Positions 51,890 through 64,000 of a DNA stretch of 64,000 bases are shown piece after piece. Positions within the stretch are counted from its first letter, which is position 1. The number at the start of each line of letters is the position of its first letter. The stretch comes from Mobula hypostoma. Lineage: Eukaryota. The stretch covers positions 145,392,001-145,456,000 of the forward strand of contig NC_086097.1 of NCBI RefSeq assembly GCF_963921235.1. Direction: 5' to 3'. The notes beneath the pieces are model-generated. The model made no database searches and was not told the origin of the DNA. It saw only the letters and a program-made list of their open reading frames with translations. Position numbers and translations under genes: made by a program.

Positions 51890-54220
51890 AAGGCAGCAGA
51901 AAGGAAATTATAGACCAGTTAGCCTGACCTCAGTGGTTGGGAAGATTTTGGAGTCAATTGTTAAGGATGAGGTTATGGAGTACTTGGTAACACAGGACAA
52001 AATAGGACAAAGTCAGCATGGTTTCCATACAGGTAAATCTTGCCTGATGAGCCTGTTGGAATTCTTTGAGGAGATTACAAGTAGGATAGACAAAGGGAAT
52101 GCAGTGGATATTGTATATTTGGACTTTCAGAAGGCCTTTGACAAGGTGCCACACATGAGGCTGCTTGCCAAGTTAAGAGCCCATAGTATTACAGGAAAGT
52201 TACTAACATGGTTAGAGCATTGGCTGATTGGTAGGGGGCAGCGAGTGGGAATAAAAGGATCCTTTTCTGATTGGCTGCCAGTGACTAGTGGTGTGTTACG
52301 TACCCTGTAACTGGGTTGCCAAACCAGCAGAAATGGACCACTCAGTTGGAGTCTGGATTACTGGAACTAAGGAAGTTTTATTAAAGAAATAAGCAACACA
52401 GTACTCTAATCAAAAGGATAATAAATGCAACAGTTCAGCAATGATAAACCCACATGTACACAGAACTAGGATAATAGGATCAATCAAGCTCTATCGCCGT
52501 CTAGGGGTAAATGACCAGTTTCAAGTGACGCAAAGTTCAGTTCAATTGAGTTCACTTCAGTTCGCAGTAATCACTGTTGTGCCGTTGGGGGCGGGGGGGG
52601 GGAAGAGAGAGAACGAATGAATATTCAAATCGGATTCCAAACAGACCTTCGATATTCCTCGCAGTTAGCTTTCGGGCGAGCCCTTTGTAATGTCTTCTGA
52701 GGTCACCGACTGTGACCCCTCCGTTCCAGCTACGATCGTTCTTCTGCGGTGAACCCAGCACCCAGGCAAGGGTGGACACACACGCCAGGTTCCCGCCGAT
52801 CCGTGCCTTTCTACCCTGTGCATCTATGGCTGGTCCCGCGACCAGACCTCCAAAATACTCCCACCAACTAGTGGGGGGGCACACCGCTTTCAGGGTCTCA
52901 TTACCTCGTGGAGTCATGTGTCGATTGCCTTAGCGAACCTGTCCCTTTTTATCCCCCTGCTGGGGTATCGCCTGTCCATCACACTTCAAACAGTTCAGGG
53001 TTCAAAAGGAGCCGGTCTTGACAATACTCAGACCAGTGTCTCCTTCCGTTAAACACTCTCGTCTCTTCATTAACATTTTCAAATGCTTCATTGTCTTACT
53101 TATATCTCTCTCCTGAAGACAGGTGGCAGATCAACTGTTGATCCCACTGGTGCTAGCACAGGACAGTTAACATCTTAGTCTATGTGTACTTTTGTAACCC
53201 TCTTTCGTCACAGGTGTTCCGTAGGAGTTGGTGTTGGGACCACTTCTTTTTATGCTGTATACCAATGATTTAGATGGTGGAATAGATGACTTTGTTGCCA
53301 AGTTTGCAGATGATATGAAGATTGGTGGAGGGGCAGGTAGTGTTGAGGAAACAGGCTGTAGAAGGACTTAGATGAGGAGAATGGGCAAGAAAGTGGAAAA
53401 TGAAATAGTATTGGAAAATGCATGGTCAGGCGCTTTGGTAGAAGAAATAAAGATGTAAACTGTTTTCTAAATGGGGAGAAAATCCAAAAATCTGAGATGC
53501 AAAGAGACTTGGGAGTACTTGTGCAGAACACCCTAAAGGTTAACTTGCAGGTTAAGTCGGCGGTGAAGAAGGCAAATGCCGTGTTAGCATTCTTTTCAAG
53601 AGGTTGAGAATACAAGAGCATGGATGTGATGCTGAGGCTTTATATGGTACTGGTGAGGCCTCATTTTGAGTATTGTAAAGAATGCTGAGATCTTCATCTA
53701 GGAAAAGATGTGCTGGCATTAGAGGGGTTCAGAGGAGGTTCATAAGGATGATTCCAGGAATGAAAGGGTTATCATCTGAGGAACGTTTGATGGCTCTGGG
53801 TCTGTACTCATTGGAATTCAGATGGATGAGAAAGGATCTCATTGAAACCTTTCAAATGTTGAAAGGCCTAGACAGACGATGTGGAAAGGATGTTTCACAT
53901 GGTGGGGGAGTCTAGGACAGCAGGGCACAGCCTCAAGATAGAGGAGCATACATTTAAAACAGATGTGGAGAAATTTACTTAGCCAGAGTGTGGTGAAGTT
54001 GTGGAATTTATTACCACAGGCAGCTGTGAAGGCCAGGTCGTCGGGTGTATTTAAGGCAGAGCTTGATAGGGTCTTGATTGGACATGGCATCAAAGGTTAC
54101 GGGAAGAAGGCTGGGGAGTGGGGCTGACGAGGGGGATAAAAAAAGGATTAGCCATGATTAAATGGCAGAACAGATTTGATGGGCAAAATGGTCTAATTTG
54201 ACTCCTTTGTCTTATGGTCT
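51890..54220 (+). mobile_element. CR1 LINE RT region split by a solo LTR
   Basis: SQHGF..GKSCL, LDFQKAFDKVPH; SGV|P is interrupted at 52294-53212 and the element then continues to the CR1 3' tail. Confidence 0.9.
52294..53212 (-). mobile_element. Solo LTR (Gypsy/ERV-type), 919 bp
   Basis: TGTTACG...CGTCACA termini, 4-bp TSD GGTG, AATAAA on the minus strand near 52377; clean insertion into a CR1. Confidence 0.85.
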
Positions 54221-54401
54221 AAATCCTTATCCCCCCCCCCCCAAACAGGCCCTGCTCTTCCCCCACCTGCCAGCCAACCCTTTGGTTTCTTCGTTACATT
54301 GGTATGAACTTCCCTCTGATGGTGAGATATTGCAGAGTGTGTGGAAGGAAACTCAAATAGGAATCTTGCTCTTAATGTTTTCCTTTTATTTTCTGAAACA
54401 G

Positions 54402-54480
54402 GGAATAAGTGTACTCCTTTGTGACAAGCAGACTGATGGAGGTTTCCTTGTGCATCATTTCCTTTCCTTTTATCTCAAAG
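54402..54480 (+). CDS. ELP6: Elongator complex protein 6, coding exon 2
   Basis: Acceptor ttttattttctgaaacag|, 79 nt, GISVLLCDKQTDGGFLVHHFLSFYLK, donor G|gtgagt. Matches human GKLTLLCDAKTDGSFLVHHFLSFYLK. Later exons were not found in this window. Confidence 0.95.
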
Positions 54481-55324
54481 GTGAGTGGTGTTTCCTGCTT
54501 GGGTACAGCATTGTATTTGGTTTGTGGCAGAATGCCAGAAATCTTGTGCTCCTGAATGCATTACACTTTCTGAGATTGTATAGGTTCTTTTAGTGGAATA
54601 AGTATCTCACTGTATTCAAGAGCTCATGTCATCATTCTGACCCACCTTTTTATTCTGGTATCTTCCCACTTCCTTCTCAGTCCTGAGGAGGGTCTCAGCC
54701 CGATACATTTACTGTTTACACTTTTCCATAGATGCAGCCTGACCTGCTGAGTTCCTCTGGCATTTTGTGTGTGTTGCTTTGGATTTTCAGTACCTGCAGA
54801 CTCTCTCGTGTTTATGATTGGACACATCATTATTGTGTGTTTGTGATGGCTAGGTGGTTGGAGGCTGGTTTAATCAAGGAATATCCAAGGTCAATTGAGA
54901 TAACAGATACATACAGTATAACCTCTGTTTATTCTGAAAAGAATATATCGTGGTAACTGTTTATTTATGATTAAAGTTTAAGTTCTGGAAATACCTATCA
55001 GGTTCCATGCTCTCTGTATGTAGATGTCAACTTTCAGGTTGATGACCTTTCATTCGAACTGAGAATAATTGGAATTAAGTTTTGTGATTAAGAAAGCAAG
55101 ATAAAATAACAGAAAAGGAAGACTTGCTGTAAGGTGGAATGAACGCAGGGAGAAATGAACTGATAAAAGGTATGATCTTGCAAGATTAAAGAGACTTCTC
55201 CTTGAACATATTTAAAGATTTTTCCTCAACTGCTGTCTGTGGTAGAGAATTCCACTGGTTCACCAATCTGTGAAGAAGTTTCTCCTTATTTGAAAAAGGA
55301 TTACTGATTTCCCAGCGTATATGA

Positions 55325-55932
55325 TGAATAAACTGTTCCTGGGCTTCCAGACAGGTACAGATATCAATTTTAACCGAAGTTTCGATGACGAACTCTGCCA
55401 TCTTCATCAGGAATGATTCCTGGGGTTGTCTAGTCCAGAAGCATTTATACCACAGTTGGCTGTCCCTCCTGATTGGTCAGTCCTCTTCCAACCAGGTTTC
55501 CGCTGTCCCACCTTGCTTATAATCAAATTCCAGTTCTTACTTAGATTAAGACCTTCGTCTTTGTTAACATTCTTTTCCTCCAATTTTATTTCAATGGCTT
55601 CCTTCGCCAGGCGGTCCCAAAAGCCATTGGTGCAGCACAGTCGTCATGTGCTGTCGTAGTCAATCCTATGACCATTGTGATTGCAGTGTTCTGCTACTCC
55701 GGATTTCTCCAGGTAAACCAAATGATTAATTCAATTAGAGTCAAGGTGGGACAGCAGAAACTGATTGGATATGGACTAACCAATCAGGAGGGATGAATGA
55801 CTGGGGTATAAATACCACGGGACTAAACATGCCCAGGCATCAATCCTCATGAAGATGGCAGAGTTTGTCATTGAAACATCTATTAAAATCAATACCTGTA
55901 CCCAGCTGGAAATCTGAGAGGAGTTTATTTCA
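55325..55932 (-). mobile_element. Penelope-like element 3' end (GIY-YIG C-terminus) with inverted pseudo-LTR
   Basis: Minus-strand remnant KSGVAEHC.HNGHRIDY...FWDRLAKEAIEIKLEEKNVNKDEGLNLSKNW; ~150-bp inverted arms. Confidence 0.8.
55370..55417 (-). ncRNA. Minimal hammerhead ribozyme motif in Penelope pseudo-LTR
   Basis: CTGATGA-A-GATGGC-agagttc-GTCATC-GAAAC-TTC: intact core boxes and stem II. Confidence 0.6.
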
Positions 55933-55939
55933 ACTTATT

Positions 55940-56897
55940 TCATTCCTAAATTCCTACCTTGTATACTTAGGCTGTAACTCTTAGTTTTGGACTAACCTAC
56001 CAAAGGAACTTCCTTACTACATTTACTCTGTTCTGTCTATCTAGATTTTCTAAGCTTCAATGAGTTCCTCTCTCATTTCTCTGAACTCTAGTGGATATAA
56101 GCTCAACCATCCCAATCCTTCATTCTCTGTCAGTCCTGACATTTCCGGAATCACTCCAGTAAACTTTGCTGTACTCCCTCTGTAGCAGGGCTTCCTAACC
56201 TTTTTTATGCCATGGACCAATACCATTAAGCAAGGGGTCTGTGGGTGGGAACCCCTGCCCTATAGCAAGAATATCCTTCCTCTGATGAGGACAAAATCGC
56301 AATACTCAGGGTATGGTGTCATCAAAGCCAGATGCAGTTGATGAAAGGCATTCCTGCTCCTGTACTCAAATCCTCCTGCTGTGAAGAACAACATATCATT
56401 TTCTTCCTTCAACAGCTGCTGCACCTGCATGCTTATTTTCATTTATTAGTGTACCGTGACACCCAGTACATGTTGTACTTCCATGACTAATCTACCACTG
56501 TTCTGATAATCTGCTCCTTTGTTTTTTGCTGTCAAAGTGGAGATTCTCTCAAGTTAAGTCAAGTTCATTGCCATTTAACTGTACAGTATACATTTGTTTA
56601 CATGTCATTATAGCGGTCAGATCGTTTGCCTATCCAAATCGCACTCGAGCATTTCAACAAACCCATCAAAGCTTGAATCCCCACCCACATTTGTGTCATC
56701 ACAAACCTGGAGATATTACTTAACTTTCGGTGGATATTTTTAAAAGCTGAACTACCACATCATTCACTGTCTACCATTTGGAAAAAGACCCATTTATACC
56801 TATGGTTTATTTATTGTTTGCTAATCAGTTCTCTTCTTCTAATATCTTGGTCTCAAAATAACATGTTTTAATTTTGTACACTAATCTCTTAAAGTAA

Positions 56898-56929
<32 letters not shown>

Positions 56930-57900
56930 TTCTCTTCCCCCCCCCCCCCCCAATCCATTCAACTAAGTGCATACTCAAGAAATGCCAGGAAACGTCAAGC
57001 ACATCTTCCTTTTCATAAATCCATGCTGACTTTGAGAGTTGCTATCACTGTCTTTGAATACTCAGCTATTACAGAATTTTCCCACTACCAATGTCAGTGT
57101 AAGTGTTCAATAATTCTCTTGTTTTCTTTCCTTCTTTATAAATAGTGATGTTATAATAATTGGCCTCCAATCTACAGAAACTGATTCATTTTCAAATCTA
57201 CTATTTCTCTAGTCATTCCCTTAACCACTATGGGAGTGTTCACTTTCAACCCATGGGGATTTATTGGCCTTCAATCCTTCCAGTTTTCTTCACAGCATTT
57301 CTCTACTTTCCTCAGTTCCTCCCTTCGCAACATGCTAAATTTCCTCACATTTTCTGTATGTTATTCGTTTCCTCATTTGTGGAAACAGAGCCAGAGTAAT
57401 CCTTCATTTTTTTTCCTCTTCCCACCAATGCCCCTCATGTTCTGAGGAAGAATTGCTAACCCAGTACTGTACATTGTCAAGTTTCTCCTTGAATGATGCT
57501 GTTCGGTTAGTTGTGTTCTTTCAGCATTTGCTTTTATTTGTTCAGTTTGTGTGCCATTTCTTTTCTTCCCTGTTATAAATTCCCCTTCTGATTGCCTTCA
57601 CAATTTCTGTTTCTCAGTGTACTTACAGAATCTTTTACAATCATGTTTTATGTTCTGTGTAAGCTTGTTTTCGTACTCTACCTTCCTCCCTTTAATTAAT
57701 CCTTTGATCCTCCTTTTATTGAGTTCCAAACTGTTCCCAGTGCTCAAGTCTGTTGCTTTTTCAGGGCAGTTTATACATTCTCCCTCTTGGATTCTGTACA
57801 AATCCAGTTGATGTTCAACCATTCCGATCCTGCTGTGGCTGGTCCAACATTAACTCTTAAATATGATTTCTGATCTCCCCTTGTCAACCCCAGTTTCATA
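55940..57900 (-). mobile_element. Highly degraded CR1 remnants
   Basis: SMQVQQ...FEYRSR, YENKL..NIK.DCKRF.KY fragments on the minus strand. Confidence 0.6.
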
Positions 57901-60900
57901 TTATTGTAATTTCTTTCACTTAGACTCAGAATTTTCAACATAAATCACAACATGTTTCCATCTTAATGAAGTATTCTTTCATGTGACGCTGCAAAGCCAC
58001 TTTGAGAAAAGCTATCAGATTGCTAATTCATCCATTTTCTGAGGGCAGCAGAATAGCATAGCAGTTGGCAAAACATATTACAGTACCAGTGACACAGGTT
58101 CAATTCCTGCTGCTCTCTGTAAGGAGTTTGTATGTTCTCCCCATGAATGCATGGGGTTTCTTTGGATGCTCCGGTTTCCTAACACATTCCAAAGCTGTGG
58201 TCACATGGATGTAATTTGGCAGTGCTTGCTCAGTGGACCGGGAGGGCCTGTTACCATGCTGTATCTCTAAATTACTCACTGATGAGTTTAGGATGGCCTG
58301 CTTTCTTATTGGTTCCTCTGTGTATAGGCCTAAAAAAAAGCCACTATTATTTCTAATATACTGTACATGTGGATTCAAGAGGACCATGATTACTGATGTT
58401 TCCTTTTGTAAGTGCCTCTAATTTTATATTTAATGTCATCCCCAGCATCACTACTGAGTCCCGATGAAGGGTCTCAGCCCGAAATGTTGACTGTTTACTC
58501 TTTTCTACTGATGCTGCCCGACCTGCTGCGTTTCTCCAGCCTCGTGTGTGTGTGTGTGTGTGTGTGTTGCTTGGACTTCAAGCATCTGCAGATTTTCTCG
58601 TGTTTGTGATTGGACTACCACTGTTTAAAGGTCCAAGTATAATTCCCACTAGTATTTTCTGCCCCTTGGTATTTTTAGCTCTAGCCGTACAGGTTTGATA
58701 TGATCCAGGTCAGTATCCTTCCACAATGTTGTGTTTGAACATCTCTTTAACCAGCAAAGGTACACTATTGCCTTTTCCTTTTTTTGCCTGAATATCCTAA
58801 ATCGTAAACACCCTTGCATCTTCTGCATAGTCATTTTGTTTTGTCATACGCACAAGTGCACGTATGCACAGGTGAAATGAAAAACTGACTTGCAGCAGTT
58901 CTAGTCCTAATTCCAGCTCTAGCCATGTCTCTCTCCTAAATTCCAATTATTATACCCATTTTTGTTCATAATTCATCCACCTTATTGCAGATGCTCTGCA
59001 GATTAAGACACAAAGCCTGAGAGTCAGAATCAGGTTTATCATCACTGACATGTGTTGTGAAATTTGTTATTTTGCTACAGCAGTACAGTGTGAATTCATG
59101 ACAATTACTGTAAGTTAATAAATAAATGGTGCAAAAGGTGACTAACAAGGTAGTATTCGTGGGCCATTCAGGAATCTGATAGTGGAGGGAAGAAGCTGTT
59201 CTTAAAACTTTGACTGGGTCTTCAGGCTCCTGTACCAACTCCCTGATGTGAAGAGAGCATGCCTCAGATGATGAGGATCTGTAATGATGGATGCCACCTT
59301 CTTGATGCCTCTTGGAGGTGGGGGGGGCAGTATGTGCCAGTGATGGGACTGATGGAACTACAACCCTCTGCAACCTTTTTGTGATTCTGTGCTTTGGAGA
59401 CTCCACAGCAGGCTGTGATGTAACTGATCAAATTGCTGTCCACTGTAGATTTGCACAAGACTTTTTGTCCTCTTGGCATTATTTTGCACACTGTTCCGCT
59501 TGATTTTCATCCTCCATTTCTGTCTTCCACTTGTGCTTTTACTCTCCAGTTCTTTGTTTTTCTTTCCTCTACATCAAAGCATAGGTTTCCATTCTTCTGC
59601 CATTTTGTCTAATCTCTTCTCTATAGCACAAGGAAACATTCCCCTGGGGTGTTGGCCCTGTTTCTGCCCAAGTGCAGACTGTCCAACTTTTACTGGTCCC
59701 ATTGTTTGAGGAGTTTGAACCTCTCCACTTTACACAATTCCTCTAGCCACGTACTAAACTGGTGTTATCATCCTCTTTTTGCTAACTAGCATGTGGCACT
59801 AGTAGTGATCCTGAGAATACTACCTTTGTCTGTCTTTTAATTTTCTTTCTGTTTCCATAACTTCAGCTTGTAGGACCTGTTCTTTTTTTAACTGCCTTTA
59901 GTATGGGTATTGACTGTTCACTCCTCTCTCCTTCAGAATGTCCTGTAGCCATTCACAAACATCCTTGACCCTCCCACCAGAGTTACAACATAGCATCTTA
60001 GAATCTTGCTTCTGGCCACAGAAATTCCTGTTTGTCCTCTTTGCAGTTGAGTACGCCATCTTAATCCTTGTAATTTTAGATGTCTTTTCACTGTCCTATA
60101 TACCATCAATATTAGTGCCATCTGCAAGCCTTGTGGATTGTGGGCTTGCTGCCTCGGATTCCTGGGAAGGATATTTATATACTGTGCATTGACTAGAATA
60201 CATTTTGCAAATACACCCAACACAAATCTTCTACTCACTTTACCTCTTTCATTCACTCACTCATATTTCTCTTACTTCTCCAAGGAAGTCAGCTGCAAAT
60301 ATCAGACCTGCTCAGTGTGGCATATTTAAAGATTTGTCGATGATTTCATCCCTTCTATTTGAAGATTGGATATAATAGGGGCCTAAGTTTGTTTGAGCTC
60401 TTCAGATTTTCCATGAGTCATATTTTAAAATAAACATTCCTGTGGAGTATAGTTTTTCCTTGTAAAGAATCCAGCATTAGAATAAAGCAACTGTATTGGG
60501 GGGTAATTGTAGCTGAGGTCTTTCCAGTTGCAGCCGGAAAGACTAAATTTGCCATGTGAAGGGTGTGATCCTTAAGTTCAAGTTCACAAGTTTATTGCTA
60601 TTCAACTGCATACATATGCACAGCCAAATGAAACAATGTTCCTCCGGATTAAATGCACAACACAGTACATATAACACATAAAGTAATATTACCATAAATT
60701 AACAAATAATAAAATAAGTTTTAATTCTCCCATGTGAGGTATTATTTTTGAGCTCATCAAAATGTATTTCAGGTCAAGTCTATTGGCATCTACCTGTATA
60801 TATTTCACATATATAACCATATAATGTATACAGAAACGTCAGATATTTCTCTTTTAAAGCACTGCAGTACACATAACACACAAACCTTATCCTAACTTAT

Positions 60901-61369
60901 AAAGATAAGGATAAAATCTACAGGTGAATCACACATAAAAACCAAACTAAAGCGCATTTGAGTTTTCTATTGAACCAGCTAATGAATAGAAACATTTTTG
61001 AAAGTTTTCATCGCTCCCTTTCTCTCTAGCTCCTTTGGTCCTCACTCACATGATTGTGGCATGCAAGCCTTTGGTCGTTTTCTTCACAGAACAATAATTT
61101 TAAGTTGTACAGTATATTGTATGCATCCTCTGATGTAAACTGGAACAATTGAATTAAAATGGTAGAGAACAGAATACATAAGAATTTGCAGGTCCTTTGA
61201 AAAGGACAAATATGAAATATAAAGGAAAAGAATTTGATTAGCGGAGCTAATATTGGCACTAGTGGAATGGTGAGAGTGGAAGGTAGAAGTGGGAGATAAA
61301 GCAAAGATGTGGGGCCTTCAACAAATCAGAGGCCAAAGCAAAGTTTCTTCATCAAAAGTAAAGTTAGCT

Positions 61370-64000
61370 TGCAGTCAGACTGTCAGGAAGGGCAGGCAGG
61401 TGATGGGACTCTGCAGCCAACGGGCTGAGTATCAAAACATTAGGGATGCAGAATCAGAAAGGATGGCAAATACGGTACCCAAGGTGTTATATCTGAATGT
61501 GCGTAGTATAAGAAATAAGGAAGGGTAAGACAAAGGAACACATATCAATCTTCATAGAGGGATCAGAAGTGGAGAGAGTGAGCAGCTTGAAGTTCCTGGG
61601 TGTCTAGATCTCTGAGGATCTAATCTGGTCCCAACATACTGTTGTAGTCATAAAGAAGGCAAGACAGTGGCTATACTTCATTAGGAGTTTGAAGAGGTTC
61701 AGCATGTCAATAAATACACTAAAAAAACTTCTATAGTTGTACTATGGAGAGCATTCTGACAGGCTGCATCACTGTGTGGTATGGAGGGGCACAGGACCGA
61801 AAGAAGCTGCAGAAGGTTGTAAATCTCGTCAGCTCCATCTTGGGCAGTAGCCTACAAAGTACCCAGGATATTCTTTAGGGAGTGGTGTCTCAGAATTATT
61901 AAAGATCTCCAGCACCCAGGGCATGCCCTTTTCTGTTACCATCAGGTAGGAGGTACGGAAGCCTGAAGGCACACACTCAGTGATTCAGGACAGCTTCTTC
62001 CCCTCTGCCATCTGATTCCTAAGTGGACATTGAAGCTTTGGACACTAGCTCACTTTTTAAAAAAATAAACGGTATTTTTGTTTTTGCACTTTTTAAAATC
62101 TATTCAATATTCGTAATTGATATATTATTTTTAAAAATTTTATTTATTATTATTTTTCTGCTAGATTATGTATTACATTGAACTGCTGCTGCTAAGTTAA
62201 CAAATTTCACGTCCCATGCCAGTGACAATAAACCTGATTCCGATTCAGAGATGATCTTGTTGCTCTATTGCAGATTGCCAGGTATGATGTTGTAGCCATC
62301 ACTGAATTGTGGCTGAAGGATGGTTGTAGTTGAGAGCTGAATGTTCAAGGTTGCACGTTATATTGGAGGGATAGGAAGGTAGGCTGAGGGGGTGGTGTGG
62401 CTCTACTGGTAAAGAATGGTAGAAAGATGTGACATAGGATCAGAAGATATTGAATTCTTTGTTGGTTGAGTTAAGAAACTACAAGGGTAAAAGGACATTG
62501 ATGGCAGTTATATGCAGGCCTCCCAACAGTGGCTGGGAGGTGGACCACAGAGTACAACAGGAAATAGAAAAGGCGTGTCAAAAGGACAATGTTATGGTAG
62601 TCATGGGAGATTTTAACATGCAGGTCAATTGGGAAAATCAGGTTGGTCATGGATCTCAAGAAAGTGAGTTTGTTGAATGCCTGCGAGATGGCTTTTTTTA
62701 GGGGAGTTTGTTATTGAGCCTACTAGGGGATCAGCTATGCTGGATTGGCTGTTTTGTAATGAACCGGAGGTGATTAGGGAGCTTAAGGTAAAAGAATCCT
62801 TAGGAGCAGTGATCACAATATGATTGAGTTCAACTTGAAATTTGATAGGGAGAAAGAAAAGTCTGACACAGCAAGAGTGGAGTAAAGGAAATTTACAGTG
62901 GTATGAGAGAGGAGTTGGCCAAAGTAAATTGGAAGGAGCTGCTGGCCGGGATGTCAGGACAGCAGAAATGGCGTGACTTCTGGGGACAAATGAGGAAGGT
63001 GCAGGACGTATGTATTCCAAAAATGAAGAAATATTCAAATGGTAAAATAGTACAACCATGGCTGACAAGGGAAGTCAAAGCTACTGCAAAAAGCAAAAGA
63101 AAGAGCATACAACAAAGCAAAAAATAGTGGAAAGATAGAGTTAAAAATAAAAAAATGTGTTAAAAATAAAAGAGAAATGAGAATGGATATAGGACCACAA
63201 GAAAATGAGGGAAGAGAAATAACGGGGGACAAGGAGATGGCTGATGCATCAGTCTTCACTGTGGAAGACACTAGCAGTGTGCCAGATGTTGTAGTGTGTG
63301 AAGGAAGAGAAGTGGGTGCAATTACTACTACAAGGCAGAAGGTGCTCAAAAAGCTGAAAGAGCTAAAAGTACATCAGTCACCTGGACCAGATGATCTGCA
63401 CTCTAGGGTTGTGAAAGAGGTAGTGTTAGAGATTGTGGTGGCATTAGAAATGATCTTTCAAAAACCATTGGACTCTGGCGTGGTGCCAGACGATTGGAAA
63501 AGTGCAAATGTCACTCCACTCTATAAGAAAGCAGGGTGAAATTATAGACCAGTTAGCCTGACCTCAGTGGTTGGGAAGATATTAGAGTCAATTGTTAAGG
63601 ATGAGGTGATGGAGTACTTGGTGACACAGGTCAAGATAGTGTCATGTGACCAGCAACAATGAATATAGAATTGAGTCAGGTTTTAAAAACAAACATAAAC
63701 ATTCATTGAACTCTACTCCACTTTAAAACGAAACTGCGTCATGAGTCAAATACACAGCATAACGGAGTAACTGACGAATTAAGCAACAAATCAACCTCCG
63801 TAATAACGGGTTTTCCATTACATACCTATTGAGAACATGTCATCACATGACCTCACACTGGCAGGAAAATTACATCACCCCACCATCACAAGACCATTAC
63901 ATCATGCTTACAAGATACTCAATTACATCATGGTCATAAGACAGTCACAAGATACCCACGAGGTATGTAACAATAGTACAAAGTCAGCATGGTTTCCTTC
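61370..64000 (+). mobile_element. CR1 ORF2 (APE-RT), with nested Rex1-type fragment (~61530-62250) and LTR; runs off the window
   Basis: VLYLNVRSIRNK, MGDFNMQVNW, SPGPDDLHSRV, WKSANVTPLYKK. Confidence 0.85.
63640..63972. mobile_element. Solo LTR-like insertion, 333 bp
   Basis: TGTCA...TAACA termini, 4-bp TSD ATAG; interrupts the CR1 sequence caagatag|..caaagtcagcatgg. Confidence 0.8.

Noticed and set aside
54481..64000. Search for ELP6 exon 3 (CKVCFVAL..SFSHY)
   Set aside because: No matching exon seen; probably beyond the window end.
1..64000. Prokaryotic systems (CRISPR arrays, operons, retrons) and most short ORFs in the track
   Set aside because: The sequence is intron- and TE-rich vertebrate DNA. 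All RT fragments are LINE-derived, there is no regularly spaced repeat-spacer array, and the remaining short ORFs are repeat-derived or random.

Overview
Eukaryotic, repeat-dense vertebrate DNA. The repeat repertoire (CR1, Rex1/Babar, L1/Tx1, Penelope, V-SINEs) suggests a cartilaginous fish, probably a ray; this is inference. Two host genes lie head-to-head. On the + strand are the first two coding exons of ELP6 (44642-44695, 54402-54480), behind a CpG-richer CCAAT/E-box/CRE promoter. On the - strand is a spliced, secreted cathelin/cystatin-fold (cathelicidin-like) gene that appears only as separate fragments in the ORF track. It has a signal-peptide exon (34894-34706), two phase-0 cathelin exons carrying the four conserved Cys (26179-26069, 25184-25098), and a candidate terminal exon (12823-12677). 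That exon encodes RRKTRYRR (an R-X-R-R processing site) followed by a 36-aa peptide with two Cys, then a poly(A) signal. The rest is mostly transposons: a TSD-flanked full-length L1/Tx1 with a nested CR1, a near full-length CR1 with an esterase ORF1, two hAT-like deletion derivatives with 6-bp TSDs, a deleted Tigger containing a long palindrome, solo LTRs, and Penelope fragments carrying minimal hammerhead-ribozyme motifs. Repeat boundaries without TSDs are approximate.
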